64,000 nucleotides of DNA from an uncultured Chloroflexia bacterium (GTDB lineage: Bacteria > Chloroflexota > Limnocylindria > Limnocylindrales > CSP1-4): contig OY970218.1 of NCBI GenBank assembly GCA_963713975.1, positions 3,488,001 through 3,552,000 on the forward strand. Reading direction: 5' to 3'. The notes beneath the pieces were generated by a model. The model ran no database searches and was not told the DNA's origin. It worked only from the letters and a program-made list of their open reading frames with translations. Below are positions 28,748-39,155 of the stretch, piece after piece. How positions within the stretch are numbered: the stretch's first letter is position 1; every line of letters begins with the position of its first letter. A program made the position numbers and the translations under genes.

Positions 28748-30802
28748 TCACCCCCGGATCACGAGCACGAGCGGGAGATCGACGATGCGGATGATGTCGA
28801 ACCGGGGCGGGACCACCGATCCGCGCGTCACCAGCATCGGCGCGGTCACGGGCGGGGACACGGTCCCGGTCACCGGTTGCGCGATGAGGTCGCGGGGGCC
28901 CGTCCTGTCGTTGTGGAACACCAGCACCGGGACGCGGAACCGGCCGTCGGCGTCCGCCGTCACGTCGCGCAGCCGCGGCGTGATGCCCAGGCTCCAGGAC
29001 AGGCGGACCACCGTGCCGGGCGCGAACCCGCGTCCCTCGGCGATGGTCACGATGCCCGGTGGCCCGATCGGTGGATCGAGCTCCAGCTTCGCCACGAGAG
29101 GCTGGGTCGCACGGCCCCGGAGGCGGACGGTCCGCGGTGAACCCGCGTAGGCGTCGGCGACGGCCAGCGTCCCGGTCCGGGTCCCCTTCGCGGTCGGCTT
29201 GAACACCACGCTCACGCTGCAGGCCTCGTTGCGGGCGAGCCGGCGGCCGGCGCACCCGTCTACGACGATCCGGAAGTCTCCCTTGTCGGCACCCGCCAGG
29301 GACGCCCCGGTGACCGCGAGCGGCGACCAGCCCCCGTTGGCGAGCGTCGCGGCCAGCGGTGTGCTCTCGGTTCCGACGGTCACTGGGCCGAGCTCCAGCA
29401 CCGCCGGGTTGATCACCGGCGACGGTGGCAGGTCCCGCAGGAAGACGTCGAACGCCTGGTTCTCGTCGCCCTTGACCAGGATCGTCGATTCCGAGCCGAA
29501 TGCCGTGTACCGGCCGCCACCGCCGACGCTGAGCCCGTAGGTACGTCCACCTGCCCCCCGCCCTTGCAGGCTGACCGAGACGAGCACGGTCTCGCCGGCG
29601 TCGATGTCACGGATGAAGACCTCCGTTGCGAGGCGCGACAGGGCTGCGGGTGCGATCCGGCCGGCCGTCTCGGGCACGAGATCCGTGGCCGTCGAGGCGA
29701 AGGCGATCATCCGGCCGTCGGGCGTTATCGACGGCTGGCTGCTGGCGCCGCCTGCCGCCCCGCCATCGGGCCGGATGGAGACCATGATCGTGACCCCTGC
29801 CTGCCGATCGCGACGGAACAGCCCTGCGGCGCCCGCCGCCGGCCCATCCACGAGGTTGGTGGAGCCGGACTGGAACGCGACATACCGGCCATCGGCGGCG
29901 ATCGCCGGGTCACGGGCGATCCCGTCCGGCCGGCCACCGCCCACGGCCATCGAGACCTGATCCGTGCGGGCGGCCTCCACGTCGCGCACGTAGACCTGCT
30001 GCCCCGAGCCCGTGTCCGCGTTGACGACGGAGTCGCCCCCATCCGAGACGAACGCGACCAGGTTGCCGTTGCCGGAGATCGACGGCGAGTCGGCGCCGCC
30101 CGCAATGGGCTCGTTGTTGAAGCCCACCGACAGCTGCACGGTGGACCCGCTGCGCCGGTCAAAGCGCAGCACGTCCGCGGCCCCGTCGTCGGTATCGCCC
30201 GGCCAGGAGAACGTGGTCGTGTAGGCGACGTAGCGGCCGTCGGACGATACGGACGCCTGGCCCGCGCCGGCCTGCGGCGTTCCCCGCGAGTTCCGGGACA
30301 CGATCTCCACGTCCCCCGTCTGCCGATCCCAGGCTACGACGAATGCGCCGGGCTTGACCGCCGCGATGGTGGCCGAGGAGGTCACCTGGAACGTGTAGGC
30401 CACGATCCGCCCGTCACCCGAGATGGATGGCTCCGTGGCCGTGCCCTGGAGCTGCACGGACCCGAGAACCGGCCGCGGTGCCCGCGTGGTCTTGCCGCTC
30501 CGCCGGTCGACCACGAAGACGTCGATCGACTGCGCGTCGTCGCCGGCCACGAGATCGGACGCAACCGAGGTGAAGGCGACAAACCTGCCGCTCGTGGACA
30601 TGGACGGCTCGATCGAGCCACCGTTGGGGAAGCCGCCATCCCGGGACCGGGAGAGGAGCGTGGTCGTGCCCGGCGGCGCCGGCAGGGGCGCGGAAGGCGG
30701 CTGGGCACCGACCCGGGCCGGGGTCGGCCGGACGGCCGCGGATGCGCTCGCGGGTGCGGCGGCCACGAGGGCCAGCAGCAGGCCGGCGACCAGAGCTCGC
30801 AT
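28748..30802 (-). CDS. Secreted TolB-like (PD40) beta-propeller protein with an ASPM/Hydin-like Ig domain
   Basis: Signal peptide; repeated PSIS.DGR.VAF.S motifs; DF.IV.DGC.G..L...CSVSVVFKP. Confidence 0.8.
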   Translation of the reverse strand: MRALVAGLLLALVAAAPASASAAVRPTPARVGAQPPSAPLPAPPGTTTLLSRSRDGGFPNGGSIEPSMSTSGRFVAFTSVASDLVAGDDAQSIDVFVVDRRSGKTTRAPRPVLGSVQLQGTATEPSISGDGRIVAYTFQVTSSATIAAVKPGAFVVAWDRQTGDVEIVSRNSRGTPQAGAGQASVSSDGRYVAYTTTFSWPGDTDDGAADVLRFDRRSGSTVQLSVGFNNEPIAGGADSPSISGNGNLVAFVSDGGDSVVNADTGSGQQVYVRDVEAARTDQVSMAVGGGRPDGIARDPAIAADGRYVAFQSGSTNLVDGPAAGAAGLFRRDRQAGVTIMVSIRPDGGAAGGASSQPSITPDGRMIAFASTATDLVPETAGRIAPAALSRLATEVFIRDIDAGETVLVSVSLQGRGAGGRTYGLSVGGGGRYTAFGSESTILVKGDENQAFDVFLRDLPPSPVINPAVLELGPVTVGTESTPLAATLANGGWSPLAVTGASLAGADKGDFRIVVDGCAGRRLARNEACSVSVVFKPTAKGTRTGTLAVADAYAGSPRTVRLRGRATQPLVAKLELDPPIGPPGIVTIAEGRGFAPGTVVRLSWSLGITPRLRDVTADADGRFRVPVLVFHNDRTGPRDLIAQPVTGTVSPPVTAPMLVTRGSVVPPRFDIIRIVDLPLVLVIRG

Positions 30803-30813
30803 CGGGCGTGCCC

Positions 30814-32079
30814 TCAGGGCCGCAGGTACCCGGAATAGAGCACCGCCGGATCGCAGGGCTCCGTGGCGATCTCGCAGGCGACCGACAGGTTGAGGCTGTC
30901 ACCCGGTCCCACGACGATCGGGGTGACGAAGTGGAGGTCCCAGTCGCGGAAGTTCTCCAGACGCAGGCGGAAGAGCGGGACGTCATTGCGCAGCACGACG
31001 ATGGCCCCTTCCTGGCCGCGCGGATTGGAGAACACGAAGTCCGTCAGGAAGGCCGTCCCCTTCGGGGCGAAGGTGGGCTGCGAGCCGTTCAGCGTGCCGT
31101 CGACCGGCGAGCCGAGGCCGGGGATCACGACACCGGGATCCGGGGTGGGGCTGGGCGTCACGACCGGGCCCGCGGTCTCTCCGGGCGCCGGTGTGGAGGT
31201 GGGCTCGCCCGGGGGGTCGGTCGCCGCGCCACCGCCATCAGGCCCCATCGTCGGCAGGCCGGCGTTGCCCAGGGCCTCGTTGACGTCGTCCTTGAGGCTG
31301 GCCAGCGGCGAGGCCACGGCCTCGGACGCCGCACTCTCGATCGACGGCTTGAGCAGGAACAGCCAGGCGATCACGAGCAGCACGATCAGCGCCAGCAGCG
31401 CGAGCACGGCCTTGAGGAACCAGGACGGAAGGATCGATTCCTGGAGCAGCGTGCCATCAAGGGTGATCGGCAGCCCGCCCTCGGGCTTGATGAACAGCTG
31501 GAACGGGCGCGTCTTGGGCTGGCCGCGCCAGAAACGCTTGACCGGGCGGACCTTAACCTTCGCGAAGCCGGCCATGCCGGGATCGACGACCACGGCGGGC
31601 GGGTTGACGTCGAACTTCAGCTGGCGGTCCGCGTCGGCGGCCTCGATCTCCGCGGACAGGCGGGTGTTGCCGCGGTTGTCCACAGCGACGTCGTGTGAGC
31701 CGGAACCCGAGCCCCGCGACGTCCGCGGGACCAGCTCCGCGTACGGCTCCGCGAAGGCGCCGACCTCCACCGAGCCCTCCTCCACGGCCGAGCCCGCCGG
31801 GTCCTCGCGCGAGCGCGCCCGCAGTCCGAACGCGACCATGCCGGCCGGCGTGGAGGCGGAGCGCGGCGGCCGGAAGACGGCCTTGGCCTCGCCATCGGCG
31901 CCGGGGAACAGGTTGATGGTCGGCGGCTCGACACTCGCCCAGGCGGCCGCATCCCCCAGCACGTCGAGCGCGAACTCGTCGACGACGCTGCCAGTGTTGC
32001 GGATCTTGACGGTGATGGAGACGGATTGGCCCGGCTCGACCGCGACGGCCGGCGTGACCAGCGTGACGGAGGCTCCCAC
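30814..32079 (-). CDS. Bitopic membrane protein with tandem Ig-like (COG1470-type) domains, of the kind found in actinobacterial CIS loci
   Basis: V.PG......IRNTGSVVDEF.L.VLG, V.NRGNT, one TM (VLALLALIVLLVIAWLFLL); GTG start 7 nt after TACACT. Confidence 0.7.
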   Translation of the reverse strand: MGASVTLVTPAVAVEPGQSVSITVKIRNTGSVVDEFALDVLGDAAAWASVEPPTINLFPGADGEAKAVFRPPRSASTPAGMVAFGLRARSREDPAGSAVEEGSVEVGAFAEPYAELVPRTSRGSGSGSHDVAVDNRGNTRLSAEIEAADADRQLKFDVNPPAVVVDPGMAGFAKVKVRPVKRFWRGQPKTRPFQLFIKPEGGLPITLDGTLLQESILPSWFLKAVLALLALIVLLVIAWLFLLKPSIESAASEAVASPLASLKDDVNEALGNAGLPTMGPDGGGAATDPPGEPTSTPAPGETAGPVVTPSPTPDPGVVIPGLGSPVDGTLNGSQPTFAPKGTAFLTDFVFSNPRGQEGAIVVLRNDVPLFRLRLENFRDWDLHFVTPIVVGPGDSLNLSVACEIATEPCDPAVLYSGYLRP

Positions 32080-32390
32080 GGCCGGAAGTGTAGCGAGGCG
32101 GCCGTGCTGCGGATAGGGGGCAGAAGGGGTCCGTTCGGGGTGTGATCGTGTCCGTTGAGGCAGGTCGGGTCTGCCCGTTCGTCCCGGATCCAGCCGAACC
32201 CGGACGACGGCCAGACCGCAGTGCACGATCGCCGCCAGTTGCCCGGCGCTACGAGGGGCTGGGACTTTAGTCCGCCGCGGCGCGTCCATACGGATGAGTG
32301 CGCCGGGCGCGCCGAGGATCGAAGATGGGTCGGTGCCGTCCCGCACCATGCCGGTGCTCGTGGTGCGACCGCAACCGACTGAGCCTGCCG

Positions 32391-35240
32391 ATGACCCCAT
32401 CCAAGCCGCCGATCGCCGACCGACGCCTGCGAGGCCGAGACGCCACGCGGCCGCCCCGCGCGGCGAGGCGAGCAGGAGACCTCCAGGACCCCCGTGACGA
32501 GCTCACCCTCGATGGCGTCGAGTCGGTGGCCGAGATCGGCTCGTACTCGCTCGACATCGTCGGCGACCGGTGGACGAGCTCACGAGGGCTCGATGGGATC
32601 CTCGGCATCGACAGGAGATTCGAGCGCTCATTCGCGGCTTGGGCATCCCTCGTGCATGCGGCGGACCGGGACGCGATGGTCGAGTATTTCGCGAGTGACG
32701 TGCTCGGGAAGGGACGGCCGTTCGATCGTGAGTACCGGGTCGTCCGTCATGACACCGGCGAGACCCGCTGGGTCCACGGGCGCGGAACGCTCACCTTCGG
32801 TCACGGTGGGCAACCCGTAAGGATGCTGGGCACGATCGCCGACGTGACAGAGCGTCACGCGCTGCTGACCAGGAACCACAGGCTTGCCGAGGCGGTCGCC
32901 CACACGGCGGAGGCCATCCTCGTGACCAGCCCGACGGGCGAGGTCGAGTTCTCGAACCCGGCCTTCGACCGCCTCGGCGTGGTCGCGCCCGACGAAACCC
33001 TCCAGGACGCGCTCGGCCGCATCACCCATGACCTGCCGCCCGATGTGCTGCAGGACCTGACGGAGGCCCTGTCCACTGGACGCCCGTGGACCGGACTGGT
33101 CGGCTTTCGCGACACCGACGGTGCGGACAGGGTCACGGATATGTCCATCGCGCCGATCCTTGGTGCCGACGGCGTTCCACTGGGCCATATCATCATCGGG
33201 CGTGACATCACGGAGGAGGTCGATGCGCGGCGCGCGCTCGAGTCCTCGGAAGCGCGGCTGCGGAACGTGCTCGACGCGATTCTCGAGGGCGTCACCTTCC
33301 AGACGGCGATCCGGGACGATACCGGCCGGATCGTGGACTTCCGGATCGACTATGCCAACGCGCGCATCGGCAGCGTGTCCCGGGTCCCAGCCGGGGACCA
33401 GGTGGCCCGTGGGCTCCTCGAGCTGTTTCCCGCCCACCGCACCAACGGCCTGTTCGACGCCTACGTGGACGTCGTAGAGACCGGGATCCCGTTCGAATCA
33501 GACGCCTTCCACTACCGCGACCCGCATGCGGCGGGCGGGCCGCTGGACCAGGTGGTCGAGCACCGGGCCTCCAGGATGGGCGATGGCTACGTGCTGTCGG
33601 TCCGCGACATCTCCGAGCACCACCGCTCACGTGTCGAGATGGGCCGCCTGGCCACTGCGATCGAGCAGACGTCCGATGCGGTGGTCATCACGGACGCGAC
33701 CGGCACCATTGAATACGTGAATCCGGCATTCGAGCAGGTGAGCGGGTACACCCGCGACGAGGTCATCGGCCAGAACCCGCGGATCCTCAAGAGCGGCGTG
33801 CAGAGCGCCGCGTTCTATGCCGCCATGTGGGCGACGCTGGCGGGCGGCACCTCCTTCGTCGCGGACCTGACGAACCGGCGAAAGGACGGCAGCCTGTTCG
33901 AGGAGGAGGCCGTCATCTCGCCGATCCGTGACGAGTCGGGCGCAATCACGAGCTACGTCGCGGTCAAGCGTGACGTGACCCGCGAGCGCTCCATGGAGGC
34001 AAGACAGGCGCGTATGGCTCGCGAGCGCAGCCTGATCGCCGGGATGATCGCGGACCTGGTGATGCTGCCGACGCCGGCGGCGACCGCCGAGGCGATCTGC
34101 CGCAAGATCGTGACCGCGACGGGCCTCGCAAGCGCCAGCCTCTCGTACTTCAGCGCCGAGGGGCACGCGATCCAGCTGGCGTTCGTGCGAGCCGACGGGG
34201 GTCGGGTGCCGCTGCGCCGCATCCCCGCCCAACGGAGCCGACAGCTTTCGGAGCGGGCGGGAGAAGGACCGTGGGTGGAGGCCTGGGTCCCGCGTGCCTC
34301 GCATCCCTACGACAAGCTGCACTCGGAGATGGGCACCGTGGCCCTCGCCTTCGGCCCGATCCGCCACGGGACCAGGCTGATCGGCCATCTGACCGTCGCG
34401 TCGTCCAGGGTGGACGCCGTCGCGAGCCTGACAGAGGTCCTGCCCGGCCTGCTGGAGTTCGCGATGGCCAGCGGCGCCCTGGTTGGACCCGGCATCGAGT
34501 CGCTCCTCAGGGTCGACCTCCTGCGCTCGCGCATCCGCAAGGTGCTCAGGCAGTCGGCCTTCCAGCCGGTCTTCCAGCCAGTCGTCGACCTCGTGACGGG
34601 AATGCGCGTCGGGTACGAGGCCCTCTCCCGGTTCTCCGATGGGACTGCTCCCGATCTCGTCTTTGCAGACGCCCGGACCGCGGGCCTCGAGGCAGAGCTG
34701 GAGCTGGCGACGATGAGCGCGGCGATCGAGGCCGCCCGGCTGCTGCCGCGCGACGCGTGGCTCAGCCTCAACGTCTCACCGGCGCTGCTTGTGGGGAGCC
34801 GGAGGCTTGCCGCCGTGCTGCGGAAGGCAGACCGACCCATCGTGCTCGAAGTGACCGAGCACGTCGCTGTGGAGGACTACGCGATGCTCCGCGCCGCCGT
34901 CGGGCGGCTCCGGCCACCGGTGCGGGTAGCGGTCGATGACGCGGGCGCCGGAGTGGCCAACTTCGGCCACATCGTGGAGCTTCGGCCGGCGTTCGTGAAG
35001 CCCGACGTGGGGCTCGTGCGCGGGATCGATCAGGACCTGACGCGTCAGGCCCTGATCATGGGGCTCCTCCACTTCGCGAGCGAGTCGGCCAGCCAGACGA
35101 TCGCCGAGGGCGTGGAGACGGAAGCCGAGCTCGCGACGCTACGGCAGCTTGGCGTGCCCTTCGCCCAGGGGTATCTCCTCGCGCGTCCGGCACCCGCACA
35201 GACGTGGAGTCCGAAGGCGCGCCGCCTGCCTGGAGCATGA
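32391..35240 (+). CDS. Multi-PAS + GAF-like + EAL c-di-GMP phosphodiesterase (no GGDEF)
   Basis: PAS motifs (YVNPAFEQVSGY...GQNPRILKSG); FQPVVDL..GYEALSRF, LEVTE, VDDAGAG, AEGVET, QGYL. Start uncertain. Confidence 0.88.
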   Translation: MTPSKPPIADRRLRGRDATRPPRAARRAGDLQDPRDELTLDGVESVAEIGSYSLDIVGDRWTSSRGLDGILGIDRRFERSFAAWASLVHAADRDAMVEYFASDVLGKGRPFDREYRVVRHDTGETRWVHGRGTLTFGHGGQPVRMLGTIADVTERHALLTRNHRLAEAVAHTAEAILVTSPTGEVEFSNPAFDRLGVVAPDETLQDALGRITHDLPPDVLQDLTEALSTGRPWTGLVGFRDTDGADRVTDMSIAPILGADGVPLGHIIIGRDITEEVDARRALESSEARLRNVLDAILEGVTFQTAIRDDTGRIVDFRIDYANARIGSVSRVPAGDQVARGLLELFPAHRTNGLFDAYVDVVETGIPFESDAFHYRDPHAAGGPLDQVVEHRASRMGDGYVLSVRDISEHHRSRVEMGRLATAIEQTSDAVVITDATGTIEYVNPAFEQVSGYTRDEVIGQNPRILKSGVQSAAFYAAMWATLAGGTSFVADLTNRRKDGSLFEEEAVISPIRDESGAITSYVAVKRDVTRERSMEARQARMARERSLIAGMIADLVMLPTPAATAEAICRKIVTATGLASASLSYFSAEGHAIQLAFVRADGGRVPLRRIPAQRSRQLSERAGEGPWVEAWVPRASHPYDKLHSEMGTVALAFGPIRHGTRLIGHLTVASSRVDAVASLTEVLPGLLEFAMASGALVGPGIESLLRVDLLRSRIRKVLRQSAFQPVFQPVVDLVTGMRVGYEALSRFSDGTAPDLVFADARTAGLEAELELATMSAAIEAARLLPRDAWLSLNVSPALLVGSRRLAAVLRKADRPIVLEVTEHVAVEDYAMLRAAVGRLRPPVRVAVDDAGAGVANFGHIVELRPAFVKPDVGLVRGIDQDLTRQALIMGLLHFASESASQTIAEGVETEAELATLRQLGVPFAQGYLLARPAPAQTWSPKARRLPGA

Positions 35241-35393
35241 CGTCGGGTCGGCGCGCGACGCGGGCCCGTCGAGTCCGGGGTTAAGCCCACGTTGACTGGC
35301 CGGGAAGGTCCACTGCCTAGGCTTGGGGGGCGTCCCCGGGGTATGCACGAGCATCGCGTCCAGCCCGGGTCGACGCTAAGGGAGAGTCGATCG

Positions 35394-36041
35394 ATGGTCG
35401 CGGAACCCGTTCCCTTCAAGGCCCGGATCCCGGTGGTGGTCGTCGCCGCTGACCCCCTGTCCCGGGCCGGGATCGTCAGCCAGCTGCGCAAGGTCCAGGG
35501 CTTCGGCGTGGCCGGAGACGGCGAGCTGCCCGAGGACGTCGTGGGTCTCGTGGTCGGCGAAGAGCTGGATGCCGAGGTCCTGGGGTCGATGCGGGCGCTG
35601 CGTGGGCGGGGCGTTCGCCGGGTTGTGCTCCTGGTCTCACGCGTCGACGACCGGAGCCTGATGGCCGCGGCCGAGGCCGGCGTGACCGGCGTGCTGCGCC
35701 GAAGCGAGGCAACCGCGGGCAATCTTGCCGCAGCGCTGCGCTCGGCTGCCGCCGGTGAGGGCTCCCTGCCACCCGACCTGCTGGGTCGGCTGCTGCGCCA
35801 GGTGGGCCAGCTCCAACGCCAGGTGCTCTCGCCGCGCGGCCTGACGTTCTCGGGCCTGACGGAGCGCGAGGCCGCGGTCGTGCGGCTGCTCGCCGACGGG
35901 CTGGACACCAGTGAGATCGCCCACCAGTTGTTCTACTCCGAGCGGACCGTGAAGAACATCATCCACGACATCACGTCGCGGCTCGAGCTCCGCAACCGGA
36001 CCCACGCCGTCGCCTACGCGATCCGCGAGGGGCTGATCTGA
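35394..36041 (+). CDS. LuxR-family regulator with a degenerate receiver domain
   Basis: LTEREAAVVRLLADGLDTSEIAHQLFYSERTVKN...LRNRTHAVAYA; receiver acidic pocket not evident. Confidence 0.9.
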   Translation: MVAEPVPFKARIPVVVVAADPLSRAGIVSQLRKVQGFGVAGDGELPEDVVGLVVGEELDAEVLGSMRALRGRGVRRVVLLVSRVDDRSLMAAAEAGVTGVLRRSEATAGNLAAALRSAAAGEGSLPPDLLGRLLRQVGQLQRQVLSPRGLTFSGLTEREAAVVRLLADGLDTSEIAHQLFYSERTVKNIIHDITSRLELRNRTHAVAYAIREGLI

Positions 36042-36114
36042 CACGGCCCTCGGGGCGAGACCTCCGGGATCGCGTGGTCCCACATCGCCCGTGTCGCGGG
36101 CGCTCGACGCCCGG

Positions 36115-36816
36115 TCAGCCTCCGCTCAGCGCGACGAACAGCCGCCCGCGGCGTGCCGCATCCGTCCGCAACGTCACCATCACCCGCACCTGGAGCCATT
36201 CGCCGGGTCCTGGGTCCAGCCCCTGATCGAGCGGCAGCGCCAGGGGCCAGCCGGCCCCCGCCTGCACCCACCGTGGCTGCCCGGTGGCGGCATCGCCGGC
36301 CGTGGTCCCCCACCGATCCACGGGCACGCCCGACGCGTCGATCCGGACGAGGCTGCACTCGATGGTCGAGACGTCCACCGCGAACGGCTCGCTGCCCACC
36401 GCGACCAGGCTCGCCCGGCCCGGATCGGCCACCAGCTCCAGCGCCGCGACGGGACACTCGGTCGCGCTGTCCACGAGCGCACGCAGGTGGTCGACCAGCA
36501 CGCCCCACGGACCACCCGGCGTGGCGTTGGAGCCCATCGATGCGACGACCTCGCCCTCGTCACCGATCGCGATGGTCTCGGTGGCCCCGTCGCGGGGTGT
36601 CTCGAGCCAGGGGCCGTCGCCCCGGCCGCACGCCGTGGCCTCGCCCCGGACGGCCTCCATGACGTCCTCGGGCAGGCTGCCCGCGAAGGAGCCGATCCGC
36701 GCCCCGGCCACGGTCCGGCGCGCCCGGAAGGAGCCGTCGGCGCGCAGCTCGAGGAGCTCGTCGTCCGCGGGTGGCCGGCCCCCGGAGCGCGAGTAGGTCA
36801 GAAGGATCGCGCTCAC
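36115..36816 (-). CDS. Hypothetical protein, effector partner A (paralog of 41503-42165)
   Basis: GTGA overlap with the upstream effector stop; shares TY.R....PP...ELLEL..DGS and GPW..LV motifs with partner B. Confidence 0.75.
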   Translation of the reverse strand: MSAILLTYSRSGGRPPADDELLELRADGSFRARRTVAGARIGSFAGSLPEDVMEAVRGEATACGRGDGPWLETPRDGATETIAIGDEGEVVASMGSNATPGGPWGVLVDHLRALVDSATECPVAALELVADPGRASLVAVGSEPFAVDVSTIECSLVRIDASGVPVDRWGTTAGDAATGQPRWVQAGAGWPLALPLDQGLDPGPGEWLQVRVMVTLRTDAARRGRLFVALSGG

Positions 36817-39107
36817 GCTGATCCCTTCACGATCCGCCAGGCACCCGGCCGGTTCCGCCCGACCAGCTCCGCGAAATGCCGGACATGTCGCTCCGCGATC
36901 GGGTGGTCATGGGGGTTCACGGGTGCGTTGAAGCTCTGCATCTCACCCATCAGGGACCGGTTGCTGTAGCCGAATGGCGCGGTGGCCGCCGTCTCGGGCG
37001 CGTTGCGCCCCGGGATGCGGGCCGCGATGTCGTCCTCGATGTGGGCAGCGGGATCGTTCACCACCACGGGCCCACTGGGGCCATTGTCCTCGCGCTGGAG
37101 GTTACCGGCATTGGCGCGCTCGTAGGCGATGCCGACCCTCTGGGCGAACGCGCCCTGCGCCAGCGAGTACTTGGTGGCGACCACGGCCTGGGCCTTGATC
37201 CCCCGCTGGTTGGCCGGGCTGCTGGTGACGGCCGTCCGGATCTCGGCGGCGATCGTGTCGGGGGCGATGGGGGCACCGCTCGCATCGGTGGGGGCGTCGG
37301 TGGCACCCGTGAAGGGCTGCTCGCCGGTGATGATCGTGTACTGCTCGGGTCCCGTGTTGTACTCGTCCTGGAGGCCCAGGAGGTGGCCGAACTCGTGTGG
37401 CGCGAGCGCCGCGTCCGTGTCGCCCGTGTGGTACTCCCCGGCGTTCGAGCGGCCCGGCGTCCCGCCCGGCGGCGTCACGATGACGCGGACGGTCGCGTCG
37501 GCCGGCGACCCGCTGCCGACCACGAACCGGATCGGCAGCTCTGTGCCCGGGTGATCGTCATCGACCACCTTGAAGGTGTTCCAGGCGTTCATCATCTGCT
37601 GGCGCCAGGTCGCCACCATCGGGTGGCCGGGCGCGCCGGTGAACCGGATGTTGACCGAGATCTCGAGCCGGTCGGGGTGCAGCCTCCAGGTGAACCGCGT
37701 GGGGCCCCCGTACTGGGAGCCCTCCACGCGCTCGTTCGACTCGAACTCCTCCCGGCCGACCGTCACCGGACCGGCCACGGCGTCGAGGGCGGTCCAGGTT
37801 GCCGCATTGGCGACCCCGGTGATCGGCAGGGGTGGCGTGCGCGAGCCCTGGAACTCGCGGACGGCGCTCCGGGTCGGCTGGTCGAACCGACCGTTCGCCG
37901 TTGGCCGGGTCGGGACCTGCGCCGCGTCCATCGTCAGCAGCTTCTGCTGGAGCTCTTCCACCGCGGCGCCCCGGTTGTTGAGGCGCACGGTTGGGTGGAT
38001 CGTGCCGCCGGTCGGCACGCCGCGTGCCTCCGCCGGCACGGGACCCTCGATGACGGCACGCCCGTGTCGGAAGACCCTCGGGGCCAGCTGGTCCAGCTTG
38101 AGCCAGGTCTCGAGCGTGGCGATCCCGTTCGCCGCGAGGGGCGGGTGGGCGGCCTGGAACGCCGACACGGCTGCCGTGGTCTCGGGCCCGAACATCGCGG
38201 TGATCCGCAACGGCGGCGCGGCCCCCGTGGCGTTGAGCGCCTGCTGCATCACGCCGATCTCAGGGTTGGGCCCGTCCCCCTCGGCGTAGACCGCCCGGAG
38301 CAGCCCCAGGGCCTGGTCGAGGTCGTCGCCCGAGAGCTCATCGCGGACCTCGTCCACGAGGACCTTGCCCGTCAGATCGTGGTACTCCCGGGCGACCTCC
38401 ATGATCTCGTAGGGACTCCGTCCGGTGAGGGCGTTGATCAGCTGGCTCTCGTCGGTCCCGAGGTCCCGCATCGCCTCGTCCGCCTGGCGGGCCACATCCC
38501 GGGCGCGAACCGCCCGTTGCTCCAGCGCTTCCTCGGCATTGGCCACCGCGTCGTCCGCGACAGCGGTGGCCATCAGCTGGCGCGCTCGTGCCAGCTCGGA
38601 CGCGGTCAGCTCGTCCTCGAGGTCCGCATCGAGGCTCCCGTTCATGGCCATTGGCTGGTACGCCGCGACGATCGCGTCGAGGTCGGCCCGCCGTCGACCC
38701 GACAGCGCGCCGTAGATCGCCTCCTCGTCGGTCCCCCAGCGGTCCATCGCCGTGAGCAGCTGGCGGGCGACGCGGCCCGCCTGGTCGGCCGACATCGCGC
38801 GCTGGATGGTCGGGCGGGCCGGTCCCGCGCCTGTGGCGCCGCGGTCGGGAGCCGTGCGCCGCACGAGCCCGTCCACGGCCGCGTTCCCGGCCGTTCGCTG
38901 CAGCCCCATCACCATGCGGGGCAGCACACCGGGCGGCAGCGCACCGCCCGGCCCCAGGATCTCCGAAGACGCGGGCCCGAAGGTGGCTCCGTGAACGCCG
39001 TCACCGTCGGCGGGAACCAGCACGTCCGCGGCCGGGCGTGCCGGGCTCGGCCGGGGGCCGCGGAGGGCATCCGGAGAAGCCTGCCGGGGAACTGTGGAGT
39101 CCGACAT
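36813..39107 (-). CDS. Candidate CIS effector A: LQRxAGN leader + 2 annexin repeats + 2 peptidoglycan-binding domains + HExxHxxGxxD metalloprotease
   Basis: AMDRWGTDEEAIYGALSGR and AMRDLGTDESQLINALTGR; FGPETTAAVSAFQ and FDQPTRSAVREFQ; HEFGHLLGLQDEY; SLMG Met-turn. Confidence 0.8.
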   Translation of the reverse strand: MSDSTVPRQASPDALRGPRPSPARPAADVLVPADGDGVHGATFGPASSEILGPGGALPPGVLPRMVMGLQRTAGNAAVDGLVRRTAPDRGATGAGPARPTIQRAMSADQAGRVARQLLTAMDRWGTDEEAIYGALSGRRRADLDAIVAAYQPMAMNGSLDADLEDELTASELARARQLMATAVADDAVANAEEALEQRAVRARDVARQADEAMRDLGTDESQLINALTGRSPYEIMEVAREYHDLTGKVLVDEVRDELSGDDLDQALGLLRAVYAEGDGPNPEIGVMQQALNATGAAPPLRITAMFGPETTAAVSAFQAAHPPLAANGIATLETWLKLDQLAPRVFRHGRAVIEGPVPAEARGVPTGGTIHPTVRLNNRGAAVEELQQKLLTMDAAQVPTRPTANGRFDQPTRSAVREFQGSRTPPLPITGVANAATWTALDAVAGPVTVGREEFESNERVEGSQYGGPTRFTWRLHPDRLEISVNIRFTGAPGHPMVATWRQQMMNAWNTFKVVDDDHPGTELPIRFVVGSGSPADATVRVIVTPPGGTPGRSNAGEYHTGDTDAALAPHEFGHLLGLQDEYNTGPEQYTIITGEQPFTGATDAPTDASGAPIAPDTIAAEIRTAVTSSPANQRGIKAQAVVATKYSLAQGAFAQRVGIAYERANAGNLQREDNGPSGPVVVNDPAAHIEDDIAARIPGRNAPETAATAPFGYSNRSLMGEMQSFNAPVNPHDHPIAERHVRHFAELVGRNRPGAWRIVKGSA

Positions 39108-39155
39108 GATGGATGGTCGAGGCTGGTGGCGGCTCGGCGCAAGAGGGTCGCCGGC

